From Eledone cirrhosa (lineage: Eukaryota): a stretch of DNA of 64,000 nt. Below are positions 14,079 through 27,696 of the stretch, in pieces (the first letter of the stretch is position 1; every line of letters starts with the position of its first letter). Where the stretch lies: NCBI GenBank assembly GCA_964016885.1, contig OZ024745.1, forward strand, positions 112,406,001 to 112,470,000, read 5' to 3'. The notes under the pieces were generated by a model. The model was not told where the DNA came from and ran no database searches. It saw nothing but the letters and a program-made list of their open reading frames with translations. The position numbers and the translations under genes are program-made.

Positions 14079-14657
14079 CTTCTCATGTATATAATTACTT
14101 CTCATTCAAAAGCTGAATATGTGTTGAAAAAGAAAAAAACTATTAACGCTTTCATTGGGAAATCATACATTTTTATTGTAGTTTTCGAACCTAATTACTA
14201 TTAACACGGAACGACATGATAAATATGTTTATGTAAGATGAGTCTTAGACATCTATAGTTTTACCGTTTAAACACCAAACTAGAGAAATAATAGAACATT
14301 TTTATATCGAAAATAAATACATGCATGTATTTAAATGTTTAAGCTTATTCTCTTTTTCCTTTGAAATGTTTGTAGTTTAAAACGGATTGAATGTCAATGA
14401 ATATTTAGTTTACAGATAATGAGTGAAAACTGATTAAATGTTCAACGATATAAAAAAAATCATCAACACGAATTTGCTTTTAATTATTTGTCATTTTAAA
14501 AGATATTTTAGGAGAGGAAGTGTTAATTTCTAAATCCATAGAATAAGTTAACGCACTGTGCTGTGAAATTTGGTGCGACGGAAAGGGCACTTATTCGAAG
14601 AAATAATAACAATGAAAGGCTAAAGCCATATATTTCCATACTACATTGCATTTTATA

Positions 14658-14709
<52 letters not shown>

Positions 14710-14822
14710 GTGTGTGTGTATGTGTGCGTGAGTGTATACACACACACTCACATACACACACACACATATCATACACACACACGCACATACACACACATAT
14801 ATATATACATGTACATATATAT

Positions 14823-14896
<74 letters not shown>

Positions 14897-15091
14897 ATAT
14901 ATATATGTACATGTATATATATATGTGTGTGTATGTATGTGTGTGTGTGATATGTGTATGTGAGTGTGTGTGTATACACTCACGCACACATACACACACA
15001 CACATATATATATAGCTGCAAGAAAAATACACGAAAGGAAAAGTTAAAAGAGTAGGTATTTTATTGACTATCTGGAAAGCGAAATACAAAT

Positions 15092-15129
15092 TGTTTGATG
15101 TTTCGGAGTGAAACTTCTCTTTGGAAACA
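15092..15129 (-). ncRNA. Degenerate minimal hammerhead-like motif in a probable Penelope-like terminal remnant
   Basis: Minus strand tgttt CCAAAGA gaag tttca ctcc GAAAC ATC aaaca: stem I pairs but the core is mutated relative to CTGAAGA and GTC. Confidence 0.35.
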
Positions 15130-15807
15130 TGGAAAGAGAGAAAGAATTAGAAATAGTAAATACGATGCTAGGTATAGTTAACGCCATATTGAAAATGACT
15201 GGAAGTGAGAGGAAGAATTTCAAGTAAATAATTGTGAGCTTAGTATGTGTGTCTGCATGTGTGTTCCTTGTGTGTTCCTTGTGTGTATGTGCACACAGAT
15301 CAACTGTATGTATGCACGTGTGTATAGGTAGTTGTCTTTGAGCTGTGTGTTTGTATGCATATTGTGTTTGTTTTGGTTTTAATGTATTCGTTGAGATTGT
15401 ATGCGTGTACGAATGCCTCGACGACGTTATGTGAAACGATTAGCAAAACGTCGGCCTGTTTGCCTAAAATATAAAAAGTCACAGAAAATACTTTTCTGTG
15501 CAAAATGCTAAGTGAGAGGGCTCAATGAAAGGGAAAAGAATTAAATTTAGAGCGAATATATGTACAATGATATGGGTACAGCTAATAAGAAGAGACACTT
15601 GATAAGATAACCAAGTCATACGCACATATATGCGATGGTTTCCCATATATTTTCTGTCATATATTCCAGTCATACGAAATTAGCCGACCAGAAGTTAGTA
15701 CTGAAGACCCCGAACTTATAGTGTTGTGTGGTAGAATTGAACTCACGACTATGTGGTTATCATGTAAACTTCTTAACAACACGATGACGCTTTGGTGTTG
15801 CTGATAA

Positions 15808-17088
15808 CACTGCATGGCAAAATAAAAAAGGTTTCTTTAGCAAGAGATAATTGGGGTGATTTTAGCTAACTTTAGGGTGCTCTTTCTGAATATGAAGTCA
15901 GCTTTGCCCAATCACATCTATATTTATACCAAATATACAGAAATGTAATGTAGCAGGCAGTACGTCAAGTGTTCCCATTTGTCTTTTAAGAATGTCTTTG
16001 ACTGTTCTTTTTGTGACAAACTTTAATGAGAGAGTTGTAAATGTAGATATAACACATATTAAATCATGTCCAATTTTACTACATTTTGCTTTAAATGTCT
16101 GTTTCGGATGTTATTGGGACTTGTATAAAATTGGTGATTGGCCTGTTCACTGTGGACTGCTGTTTTTCTTTGTTCATTTCAATTTGCTTTAATTTGCATG
16201 GCTTCAAGACGTGTATGACGTAATGACCCAGATCAATTTTGGTGCATCTATTCAATGACTGAATAAGAAACATTATGACACTCATACAACCAAGATACAA
16301 GGATTACTTCAAAATGAAACTTGGAGTCCAAGATAAATGTTTTGTTTCACATGCAGCAATCGGCTCTTCTTGTGGTCCAATGCCTAACTGAAGCAAATAC
16401 CATTTTCCACTCCAACAGCATGGCGAGAACAAAGTAACCATTATACTGATATGCTACCTCTGCATTACTAATTTTGAAGGGTTCAATAAGACAACTCCAA
16501 AGAATATAGAGTATCCTAATTTGTCATCTGCTATAAGACAACAGCGAGATGAAGATGAAATAACCCCTGTGCCAAGAAACCAACCATTAAGTGAGTCAGA
16601 TGCTGAATATGTTGATAAAGCTGGACGTGGAGACCAAATGGATGACGAAGATTTTGAAATTCTTCATTCATGCCCTAAATTAAGTCAAGAACTACTGGAT
16701 CATTTGGTTCGAAAGTTTGAACTTTCTAAGAACGATGCTTACCTGTCTAGAACAATGTTCAGAGGAGATGGTGTCTTAGCCCAACCAACGAAAACTTGAA
16801 CTCCATGTTACTGATATTGACAGTGAAATCAAAGCTGTAACTGTTTGTGGTAAGTTTCTTCTAAGTGTATATTGTTATTTTAACAGTTATTAATTGTAGT
16901 TTAGTATATTCATAGATTACAAAATTAACCAATGATCACAAGATTAGACACTTTTTCTGTGGGATATCTTGTAGATGAAAATATAGACGTGATAGAAGAA
17001 AATGGATTTCATAATCATAAAGAGCACCCTAAAATTAACTAATATCATGTTAAGTAGTGTTTGCTGAAAACATTAGTGTCATGCAGTG
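15808..17088 (+). mobile_element. Chapaev3-like (CMC group) DNA transposon, internally deleted
   Basis: Termini CACTGCATG / CATGCAGTG with subterminal inverted match (tttagggtgctcttt / aaagagcaccctaaa); 3-bp TAA duplication at 15805-15807 and 17089-17091; degenerate N-terminal transposase YFKMKLGVQDK, PFSTPTAWREQSNHYTD, IEYPNLSSAIR. Confidence 0.75.
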
Positions 17089-19140
17089 TAATAAAAACTT
17101 GAAACCTAAATAAACTTTTTCTTGGTGTGTTTGACCAGTCTGTTTCCTAGATGTAACCCGCCACACAGTTTAAGCCACAACCTGACCTTTAGCTGACTTT
17201 AGCAAGAATTACTCTATTGCAAGAATTTGGGTTAGGTATCGGCTCTGAAGACAACTTCTTCACTGCATAGCATCATTCATGAAGGCCCTGCAAAGACTTA
17301 TTGGTGTTCTTCTTCCTCTCATAACGAAGCTATGAAAAATGTTGTAGCTAATTATTATCGCATTTTAAACAATTAACTGCTTAAATAGAATAGATTATCG
17401 ATAGGAATGATCAATAGAAAAGAAACGTGACAACTGAGGAGTTATTGGTATCGATTCTCTTGGTGAAAACGATGAGATATTTAGTAAAGCAACCATCATT
17501 GGATAATTTAAAAGGTTTGTGTGCATGTATGTGTGTGCATGTGTGTGTGTAAATTAACAGAAAGTTTTGATATTATTTCAAGATTGACGGAATTCTTAGA
17601 GCGTCAGACAAAATGCCTTGTTATATTTATCTATACTTTTTGTGGTCTGAGTTCAAATTCGGCCCAAGTAAACTTTGCACTCAAGTACCTGAGTCAATTC
17701 AACCAACTAATCTGTTCCCTCGGGTTTCTGGCCTTGGGCATATGTTAGAAATTATTATTTCAAAATTATGATGATGTGATTTGAGGAAGAATTGGTTGTT
17801 ATTTCTAGCAAGTTAAGAAATCATGGGATTAAGTTCATTTTAAAGTACCGTGAAAGAAAAAAAAATGTAATATGAATGTTGTTGTTGTTGTTTTGGCCCA
17901 GGTCAGTCCTAATCCCGTAGACCAATGATGAAAGATGTTCACAGAAATCATCTTTTTCTCAAACTTAATTGTCCAATAAGCTATGATTCATGGGTAGTTC
18001 CAACGCTATTTCTAGTAAGTAGTGAAACACATAAAGGTTATTTGTTTTGAAATTTCCTCGTAGTTTGAACGTGATCGCGTTAAGTGCTGGTTCATCATCA
18101 TATAATATCAGAGAAACTTCCTACTTCAATGCAGACGGCAACTCATAATGATAGAATTAGCAGCCAAATCTCTTTCATATCCTATATTTTTTTTTTAAAT
18201 GTACATTGTTGTCTGTATCATGCGGTCACGACTGAAATGTTTCAGATTACGGATCTATTTGATCAGAACCGACCAACAATAACAACAACAACAACCTCCC
18301 CATTACCGATTCCGCTTGTGTAGGTAGTTTCATTAGGTAATTAATTAAGATATATTAATTAATTAATTTAGATTACTACTTTAGTAATGAGAACAGTCAT
18401 TTCGTAAATTACTAGTTCTGGTCAGAAAACAGGTGTGGGGGGGGGGGGTCTTGTTGAAAATGTGTCCGAGGCAATCTTTATATCAATCACATAGAAGAAA
18501 GAACAATATATATTAATAAATATGAATTTATCCAGTGATTTATTATCCGCTATTTTGGGATAGAAATAGTATTATCATTAATAATTTATAATTCTTCCCC
18601 CAGGAGTTAAATATTTTAAATCTAATATGGCTTCCACTGGCATTTAGAGTAATGTATTGTTTAGTTAAAAGTACACCTAGCCTATAAATACGCTATCAGA
18701 ATTTATATAAACAGATAACATTATTGAAATTTCCTGCCAAAAACTTTGAATTGAAAACCATTAGTATGATATTTGAAATTTTGGGAAGTTCTGCAAACTA
18801 TATATGGCATTACTATATATATAACAAAAGCACATACTACAAAGATAAGTAAAAAGGTAAATTATAATAAAAAATATATAGATGCCATACATATGTACAA
18901 TGATTTCTACATATGCACAATAAAAACACAACTAGATGTATATTACTGTATATACGCACTCATACAAACTTGCATACAAATATGCATGCATATACATACA
19001 TATATAGACACATACATGAATCTATCCATCCATACCTGCATACACACATCCAAACATACATGTATATATACATACATGCATGCATACATAAATAAATGCA
19101 TACATACTTACATGTATGCATACATACATACATATACATA

Positions 19141-19345
19141 TGGTGGCTGCCAACTCGTTTTCGAGTACGGCCACTACTTTATATCCATGTAGGAGAACCC
19201 CTATCGACGCGCTGAACGAGTGTGACTTTTTAGTCCAGCCAGCGACTTGAAAACTCTGGTACAAACACTACACTTGTGACAATTATTGACACATATTGCT
19301 GGGCCCATGGTACCATGTGACGACAAGTGCAGAGAGATCTCCAGA
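19141..19345 (-). mobile_element. 3' end of RTE-like LINE with C2H2 fingers and (TATG)n tail
   Basis: Homologous to ~26080-26263; encodes CSVCTRVFKSLAGLKSH; terminal CTCGAAAACGAG stem-loop. Confidence 0.75.
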
Positions 19346-19380
19346 TATAAAGCATATATATATATACATACATATATACA

Positions 19381-19429
<49 letters not shown>

Positions 19430-20199
19430 GCATACATACATGCACGTATGCATACATATACATGTACATGTACATGTACATGTACATGTACATGTACATG
19501 TACATATACATGTACATATACATGTACATACACAAGTGTCTAGATATTGATTTTATATTTTGGAGCTAAGTTATATACGATTTAATTGAACCTCCGTTAC
19601 ACGACATCAACCCAGAAGGGAGAAAATCAAAATGTAACCCCTGCATGATGTGAAATCACGCTGCAGCTAAATACTGTGAAATATTTCTTTTACTACTTCA
19701 CCATTTTTGTTATTCCACTGCCCTAGATTGTTACTCCGCTGTCTAGAATGTTACAATAAAATACCCTGTTCTGTTAATTTGGCGTTCTATAGAGGATTAG
19801 TGGCGGATGAAAACGACAATGTTCTCGGGCATAAGTTGGACATCAACTTTATTTCTCTCCTTTACACGTTGTTATATAAACCCACACTGTATCGTCTTGT
19901 ATCGTCCTCGATTTTTATGTAAATCCTTGCAGATAATGAACTAATCGTTACCATAGTTCGTCATTGTCGTCGTCATCATCATCGTCATCATCACCCTCCT
20001 CATTATCATTATCATCATCATCATCATCATCATTATGATAAACAATGTGTTTTGTAAATATAATGGTTTTTGATTTAAGCACATGACCAACAATTTTGGG
20101 GAGAGGAAGTCGATTAAATTGACAGCAGTGTGTTACTAGTACTTTATTTTATCGACCCCGCTAGGATGAAAGGCAAAGCTAATCTCGACGGTATTTGAA

Positions 20200-20975
20200 A
20201 GGAACCTGACACGGGTGGGGCACTGATCAACTTAGATCAATCTAAAACTTTAGATAGGGTCAACCATCGGTACTTGGCAACGCTCCTCGAGGCTGCTGGC
20301 TTCCGGCCCGTTTTCAGGGGATGGATTGCTGCAATACATGATGACATCTTCTCAGAAGTCAGAGTGAATGGTCACTTTTCGAAATAGCTCAACATTATTC
20401 ACTCGGTCCATCAACGTTGTCACCACAGTGGTGTAGAGCACTAAACACATCGAGGTGATCGATACCATTCTCAGGGGTACGAAGTGGTGATAAGAAAGAA
20501 ATTTAACCAAGAAAAGTCGGTGAGCCTGTAGTTAGGCATCTGGAGAGGCAGGTTTATACCGTTCAACGGCGGTGTCGGGCATTGGACGGGCGGAACAGTT
20601 AAATTGCAGAAGTGGCGAACATGTATATCCCTCATCTACCACCGCCTGACTGTTGTGACGTGTTCTGGTCCCTGTCTGACTGCACTGGAACGCTTTTTCT
20701 TCCGTTTCTTGTGGAAAGGACGTGTTCTAATGGTAAGGCGATCCATCCGCTATCAACATCCGCTGCATGGAGGACTGGGCATGCTGTGGCTGATGATAGG
20801 CAAACATGCGCTGATGCTACGACATCTTCATCTTTTCCTTAACGGTGAACAGGTGTGGTACCGTTCACTAGACACATACTTTCCCAGCTCGTCCCATAAT
20901 GGAGCTCCAATTCTGGGTCAAGTGAAGACCGAGAAGGAGCGCTTGGAAACTGGAATGTCTTCAAACGCTCTTGCC
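20200..20975 (+). pseudogene. Degenerate Tx1 ORF2 fragment (RT and downstream)
   Basis: Matches the intact ORF2 (LINLDQSK..DRVNHRYLA; RLTVVTC..P.LTALER.FRFLW.GR; GGLGM.WLM) with stops and deletions. Confidence 0.88.
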
Positions 20976-22174
20976 GGAATACCTTTGATTAAATGTTTAC
21001 TTGATTACAGTAGACTAGGTGTTGTATGGACGAGGAGTTTTTTTTTCTTTTTGACTTAGTGGAAATAGTGTAATTGTTTCAATCGACAACAATACCTATT
21101 TTGTTCCCCACCGCTCCTCCGCTTGGAAAAATAAAAGACTTTGTTGACTTCAGAGTGATTTTAATTCAGAATGTAGAAAAAGTACGCTACTAAATATCGC
21201 AAGGGATTTTATCAGGTGACAGTATGGTTCTGCTATTCACAGCTTGAATACCTGACTAGCAAGGAATTCAAACGTAAGTTTACGAAACCTAATTCGGGGA
21301 TAGTACTATCACATACAAAAAAATGTAGCGATAACAAAATCAATAAGAGTAGATTCCTAACGAGGTTTTTACGAATTTTCCCGAGACGGTAAAATGCCAA
21401 AAGAATGTCAGGAAGTAATTCTATGTCTAGCTCCCCTTATAACACTAGATTATCATTGCAACGTGAAACCAAAAGAAAATGGCTTAAACGGAAAAGACAT
21501 TCCGATTCCACATGAACACGAAGGTAATCTTTTCAGACACTCCTGGCGCAGTAGTAAAACACTTTCAAAAGAGTTCATAATCACCTTGTTTAAGGTGCTA
21601 TCAAGAAATAATCTATCTAAATATTTTAGGCAGGTATCATACGAAATTATGCAATAAGTATACAAATAAAGATTTTTCAGGAAAAACCTGAACAGGACCA
21701 TGTGCGGGTACTGTCCTTCCTCTTTTCCCAGACTAAAAAGTAAATAAATTCCAGGGAGACCAGTGTGAAGCCTTCTTATTCTTAAAGAACCTGACACATT
21801 CAGAACTTCTAGACTATATCTCCTACGTTAAATGTTAACTGTATAATGCAACTACATTTAGAATAATTTATTAAAATATTGAATACAAATAATATCGTTT
21901 GTGTTTTAAGTATTGTATTTGAGTTATGTTGGTACCAGTAAAATGTTTTTTAAATGACTTTGCTGGAGTGGTGATTGTTGTCGTTAGTGGAAGTGTTACT
22001 TTTGTTAAAACATAAAGTAACAAGAGCGTCTGTCAACGTCGGAAGATTTCAATTTATTAGCGCTAATTAAGCGAATTACAATAACTTATATAGAAGAGTG
22101 GTGAATTGGGAGAGTCATTAGTGTCAGACAAAAAGGATAATGTTTTGTTTATCACCCACTTTCTCTCCTCGCTC

Positions 22175-22259
<85 letters not shown>

Positions 22260-23947
22260 CAATATCGGAGAAGGCTTTTTAGCGATATATATATATATCT
22301 GTGTGTGTGTGTGTATAGATATTTGTATACATATATATATATATATACGTGTGTGTGTGTATATATTTGTTGATAGCATTTTGTAATTCAAAAAGAACAT
22401 AAGCCGTGGCTATATTAAAACGATAGTTCAATGTGTCAATTAAATGAGTTTAACTTATTAAGGAGAGATAAGACCCTCGATCCCAGACAAATAAGAGATA
22501 GAATAAGACGTACCAGTTAAATAGTAGAGTCGATTAAACTGGAGAATACTTCTTTTCTTGAAATTTGTGGTCTTGTATCAGCGTTAGAAACCATTGTTGT
22601 ATTTTTAAAATTAGCTCTTAATTTATCATCCATTTACATAGTGTTTTAACAGAAGTAATTCCAATATCTTCTCCGTTCTGTTGACCAGTATCGTGAGCTA
22701 GACTGACCCTTAAGTTTCATTTATGGGGGTGGCATGCGGAATAAATTTACTTCCATAAGCATGAATGGGTTATCATATTAATTAAATTTGATTCCTTTGT
22801 ATGACATAAAATTAGCTTTATTTGCGATAGCTGTGTATCCAAATAGTGAATGTTTGCTAAGGAAGGTAATATATATATTAAACTTCGTTCCTCGGAAATA
22901 AAAATAAATAATTTCCTTTTGATATAAAAAAAAAAATATCTTGAAATATTCCGGTATATCTCTGTCTGGAGGGGAATCAAAACATTCTCTAATATGAATT
23001 ACACCCCACCCCCCACCCACCCACAACAAAATAGATAAAAATATAAAGATTTATAGGTGGGCATGTGCAGGAAATGTCAACACCATTCTATATGAACGTA
23101 CAAGAAATAACAACTAAATATCCCTCAAATTACCAAATTACTTACATATAGAAATATCATAAAGGACTATGCACGACGCCAGTAGGAAAAAGCAGCGTGA
23201 TAAGATTTGACGTCCTTGATCATAGGTTTAGTGCAACAAGGCTGACAACATGGATTCTGGGTCGAAGTTAAGAATACAACAAGACTCAATGCCAGGGATG
23301 TGATACGTAGAAGTACTTAAAAGAATGTATGGAGATGCGTATACGTTCGATTTGCAGTTATATCTAAATACATTTATATGAAAAAACAATGGGTGGAACA
23401 AATTTCTATTTGCTTATTATATAGGCATCTATTGGGTCGTCAAGTATGAAATTTGTAGAAATTTGTTTTTTTTTTACAAATTTCTACAAATTTCATACTT
23501 AACGATCTAATACATCATTATACTTCAGTACCATTAGATTTGTTGTTGTTATTATTGTTTAACCCTGGTCGTCCTTGAATACGCAGAACTATGTCAAAAT
23601 CATTCCAGTTATCGGTTTCCCGGAATTATTTTTGAGGGGTTTCTTAAAATCTTGAATTAATTGTCCAATGAGTGTTTACCTATTTCAAGAATGTAAATTT
23701 GGAAGTAATTTGGCTGCTATTTCTAGCAACTTGTGAGATCAAGTAGATTAGATGATCTCGTGCTGGCTCGTGGATTTGTATACATACAGCAAGAACGTTG
23801 TACAGGAAATGACCTGATTTTCATTCTTCATTGAATATATTTAATTGATCTCATGATATATTAATTTACTTGGACGGAAACATAATGTCTCGAAATCTCA
23901 TTACCCATCTTATATATTTAACAATACAAATGTATGTTCGTACGTAC

Positions 23948-23978
<31 letters not shown>

Positions 23979-24008
23979 TGTATGTATGTATGTATGTATG
24001 TATGTATG

Positions 24009-24963
24009 TTATCTCTTTCTCTTAATTTCGAGTATATTTTTGACCAACCACCTTCCTGGTGGCAAGGTTGTAAAAGAAAAGAAATTGTCATCCCTTAAAT
24101 TGCAAGAATGTTTTGCAAATTTTGAAGGTGAAGGCTATCTCAGCTATTTGTAGACTATGAATTAGGGAGCTGCGCTCTTTGTCCGCAAATCCAAGTTCAG
24201 TTATACATTGGTCCAAGCGGGTTGGTATATAACCCGTAACTCCAATAATTGTTTCTATTTTAGGCACAAGGCCAGCAATTACCCAGTACATTACTGCCAA
24301 TAATGATGGGTATGAAGCTAAAGGTGTATCTTGGATAATGGATTTGTAAACTCCTCATCAATGGTCTGTAGATGTCCTCCTTCTCCTGTATTTTTCTGAC
24401 AACGTTTATATCAAGTGGGCAGCTGATCTCCACAACAGAACACGTTTTCAATGTGTGGTCCCAAACAACAATATCAGACCGGTTGTGCTTTAATTTGGTG
24501 ACAGTTTTTATTTTCAGGTTCCACCAACATTCTTTAGTGTCATCTGTCTCAATATATTCTTCCGCGTTTGTTTTTAATTTTGTTTTCCGAAGTGCGTTCC
24601 AGATGGTTCTAGCTATCCCATCGTGTCTCATGGGGAGGTAGTAGCGAGATGACATTCTTTCGCAGCTGGCAACAATGTGGCTTACATCTTCGATCTTTGT
24701 TTTACATAGCCTACATTTATTGTCAGCTGATGGCCCTCCTCTTTTGTGCAGCAGATATTTGGTAGGGAGTTCTTGTTCTTGTATTGCATAGAGATATCCC
24801 TCAAGGTGTGATGTCATAAACTTGTCGGAACTCCATGCCAGGCTTTTTGAGTGGTTTATCCCCTCTATGGTCTGTGTTTTACGTCTCAAGTATCCATGCA
24901 CAACTTTTTCTGTAAATTGGTCAATTTTTTCTTCTTGTTTGAACATTGAATAGGATCTTCCGA
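24009..24963 (-). mobile_element. 5'-truncated R4/Dong-like non-LTR element (restriction-like endonuclease end) within (TATG)n
   Basis: EGYLYAIQEQ, CRLC...HIVASC, RHD, KHNRSDIVVWD, EISCPLD, EKEDIY are CCHC plus RLE motifs of R4-clade elements; (TATG)n on both sides. Confidence 0.85.
24250..24296 (-). mobile_element. 47-bp 3' fragment of SINE family 1 inserted in the R4-like ORF with 8-bp TSD
   Basis: CCAATAAT duplicated at 24242-24249 and 24297-24304; insert matches the SINE 3' end. Confidence 0.85.
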
Positions 24964-25025
24964 TGTATGTATGTATGTATGTATGTATGTATGTATGTAT
25001 GTATGTATGTATGTATGTATGTATG

Positions 25026-25566
25026 AATGTCGGGTCACGCTTGAGTGCTACTGGTAACATGTAACTCAGTACAACCAGTCGGATGGTCGAGTCGTCGGCG
25101 ACTAAACCGGCAACCCCACCAATTTACTTGGTGAGGAGGGTGATTTGGGACACTCTGCAGGACAAAAAACAAAACCTGACAAAGGGCGGAAGAACTCATA
25201 AGAGTCAACGGCTATCCGAAAGTGTGTAAATATGTATATACACATGTACCACGCGGTTAAACCACTGATAGTGAAGGAACCATAGCCTTTGTCAGAGCAT
25301 TCTTCTAGGAGAAGGCAACTCAAGAAACTGGGATAACTCCAACATAAAACCAGCGGCTCAGTAGTTACCGATGATGTTGATCTTTTCTTCTTTTCGGGTT
25401 ATAGCCACTGTCGCTCAGGGAGTGGGATTGGCTCAGTGCACAGTCTTTCCTCACTTTAAAAAATATCTTCACGCACAGGCATTGCACGATAGAATTAATT
25501 AATAATTATTAATAATGGTATATCGAGCAATGGCCATACTCGATAACGAGGGGGCAGCCATCATCA
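25026..25566 (+). mobile_element. Probable non-autonomous RTE derivative (5'UTR-like part joined to RTE 3' end)
   Basis: Contains ctaggagaaggcaactc, reminiscent of RTE 5'UTRs; ends in ggccatactcgataacgagggggcagccatcatca, related to the 3' end at 26232-26263; flanked by TATG repeats. Confidence 0.5.
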
Positions 25567-25851
25567 TGTATGAATGTATGTATGTACGTACGCACGTATG
25601 TATGTATGTGTGTGTATGTATGCATACATGTATATCTGTAACTATGTATGTATATATGCTTGCACGTACGTATGTACGTATGCACCGACATGCATATGTG
25701 TGTATACGTATGTATGTACGTCTGTATGTATATATGCATGTATATATATATGTATGTATGCATGTATATTTGTATGTATATGTTTGTATGCACGTTTGTA
25801 CGTATGTATAAGCTCTTATGGGATGTTATCCTGTGTATGTATGTATGTATG

Positions 25852-26263
25852 TCCGGAAAGGAATCCATGTTGGCCTTCCCCAAGGCACTGACAGAGGCCT
25901 GACCTGACATGTGAGACCTGTAATAGGGTTTGTCTGAGCATGGCAGGTCTAAAGAGTCACCTGAGAGTGCACAAGAACATGGAAGCAGGCACCTGTGGAG
26001 CTATAAGTGTTCATCAGACGATGACATGTGATGTTTGTGGAAGGGTATGCAGGTCGAGTAGTGATCTCACACGACACCTTGGGTCACATGGTGCCATGGG
26101 CCCAGCACTAGGTGTCAATAATTGTCACAAGTGTCGTGTTTGTACCAGAGTTTTCAAGTCGCTAGCTGGACTAAAATCCCACATTCGTTCAGCGCATCGG
26201 TAGGGGTTCTCCTACATGGATATAAAGTAGTGGCCCTACTCGAAAACGAGTTGGCAGCCACCA
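25852..26263 (+). mobile_element. 3' end of RTE-like LINE encoding three tandem C2H2 zinc fingers, followed by (TATG)n
   Basis: CETCNRVCLSMAGLKSHLRVH, CDVCGRVCRSSSDLTRHLGSH, CRVCTRVFKSLAGLKSHIRSAH then stop, short 3'UTR with hairpin and (TATG)n; second copy at 19.1-19.3 kb. Confidence 0.72.
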
Positions 26264-26439
26264 TGTATGTATGTATGTATGTATGTATGTATGTATGTAT
26301 GTATGTATGTATGTATGTATGTATGTATGTATGTATGTATGTATGTATGTATGTATGTATGTATGTATGTGTGTTCGTATATATGCATGTTCATTTGTAT
26401 GCATCAATGTATGTATGTATATATGTATGCGTGTGTAGT

Positions 26440-26735
26440 TGAATTAGACCTCTGTCGCTTCCAACGACGAGTGTTCCAATTGTTTGAGTTGCCTGCCAAT
26501 AATATTAACGTGCAAGTGGCTGAGCATTCCACAGACACGTGTACTCTTAATGTATTTCTCAAGGAGATTCAGCGTGACACAGTGTGTGACAAAGCTGGCC
26601 CATTGAATTACAGCTGAGTGGACTGGGACAACGTGGAATAAAGTGTCTTGCTGAAGGACACTATACGTCCCCTGGGAATCGAACTCACGGCTTTGCAATC
26701 GACAGATAAACACTCTAACCAGCAAGCTAGGCGCT
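26440..26735 (-). mobile_element. tRNA-derived SINE, family 2
   Basis: A-box-like TAGCTTGCTGG, B box GAGTTCGATTCC, GTCCTT.AGCAAGACACTTTATT block shared with 43006-43440. Confidence 0.75.
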
Positions 26736-27179
26736 TTATCAGTATGTGGTATGAGGATGATGTTGATGTTGAAAAGGGTGATAATTAAGGAAAGGACAGC
26801 AAGAGGGCAGGTCAGTTGTTCTTGCCACTTCTGTAAATATTAAGTAGATAGATATAAGTGTTAAATGTGATGTGAGGTCAAAAGTTAATTTAAAGAGCAT
26901 TCTAATCTTGTGATGTTGAAGCAATACTTAACATCAAGATAAAGATAAACAAACACAATAGCCTAACATCATCACTATGACCTTGACTATCAAAATTACG
27001 ATCAAAACAAATATCAGGCGGCAACTATATCGTGGTTTTCTTGCTTTCCCGAACATTTATTAATTGAAAGACCGCTTAGGAAATAGTAAAGCGTTATAAG
27101 GGCCTATGGAGATGATAGATGGCAGACATATTTAATAATAAATCAGTGTACAGAAAGAAAGACAGATAGCAAATTTCAT

Positions 27180-27575
27180 GACGGTGGTGATGGTGATGGC
27201 ACTGATGGTGTTGATGGTGACGATGGTGATGGTGATGGCACTGATGGTGGTGATGATGACGATGGTGATGATGGTGGTGGTGGTGGTGGTGGTGGTAGTG
27301 GAAGTGGTGGCGCTAGTGATGATGATGATGACAATGGCGCCGACCACACAATGATGATGATGGTGGTGCTGGTGATGATGATGATGATGATGATGATGAT
27401 AAGGATGACGATGATAAGGATGATGATGAAGATGGTGATGATGATGACGATGATGATGCTGGCGGCGGCAGCGACGGTGGTGGCGCTTGTGATGATGATG
27501 ATGACCAGAACGCCGACTACAATGATGATGGTGGGGATGATGATGCTGGTGCTGATGATGTCAATGATGATGATA
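27180..27575. repeat. Degenerate (GAT/GGT)n trinucleotide repeat
   Basis: Direct reading. Confidence 0.9.
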
Positions 27576-27696
27576 CCGTTAAAGATGCTGTCATACTGCT
27601 GTTACTGTTCAATTAATTTGATAGAAGTATTGATCCCATTCTGTGACTAAAAACCTACTCACTTTCTATTACTTGAAGCCATAAAGCTTTGAATGG

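Noticed and set aside
25940-26203. Host C2H2 zinc-finger gene exon
   Set aside because: A second copy shares the same 3' terminus and microsatellite tail, indicating a retroelement end.
27132-27650. Poly-Met and poly-Thr/Ile ORFs
   Set aside because: Translation of the GAT/GGT trinucleotide repeat.
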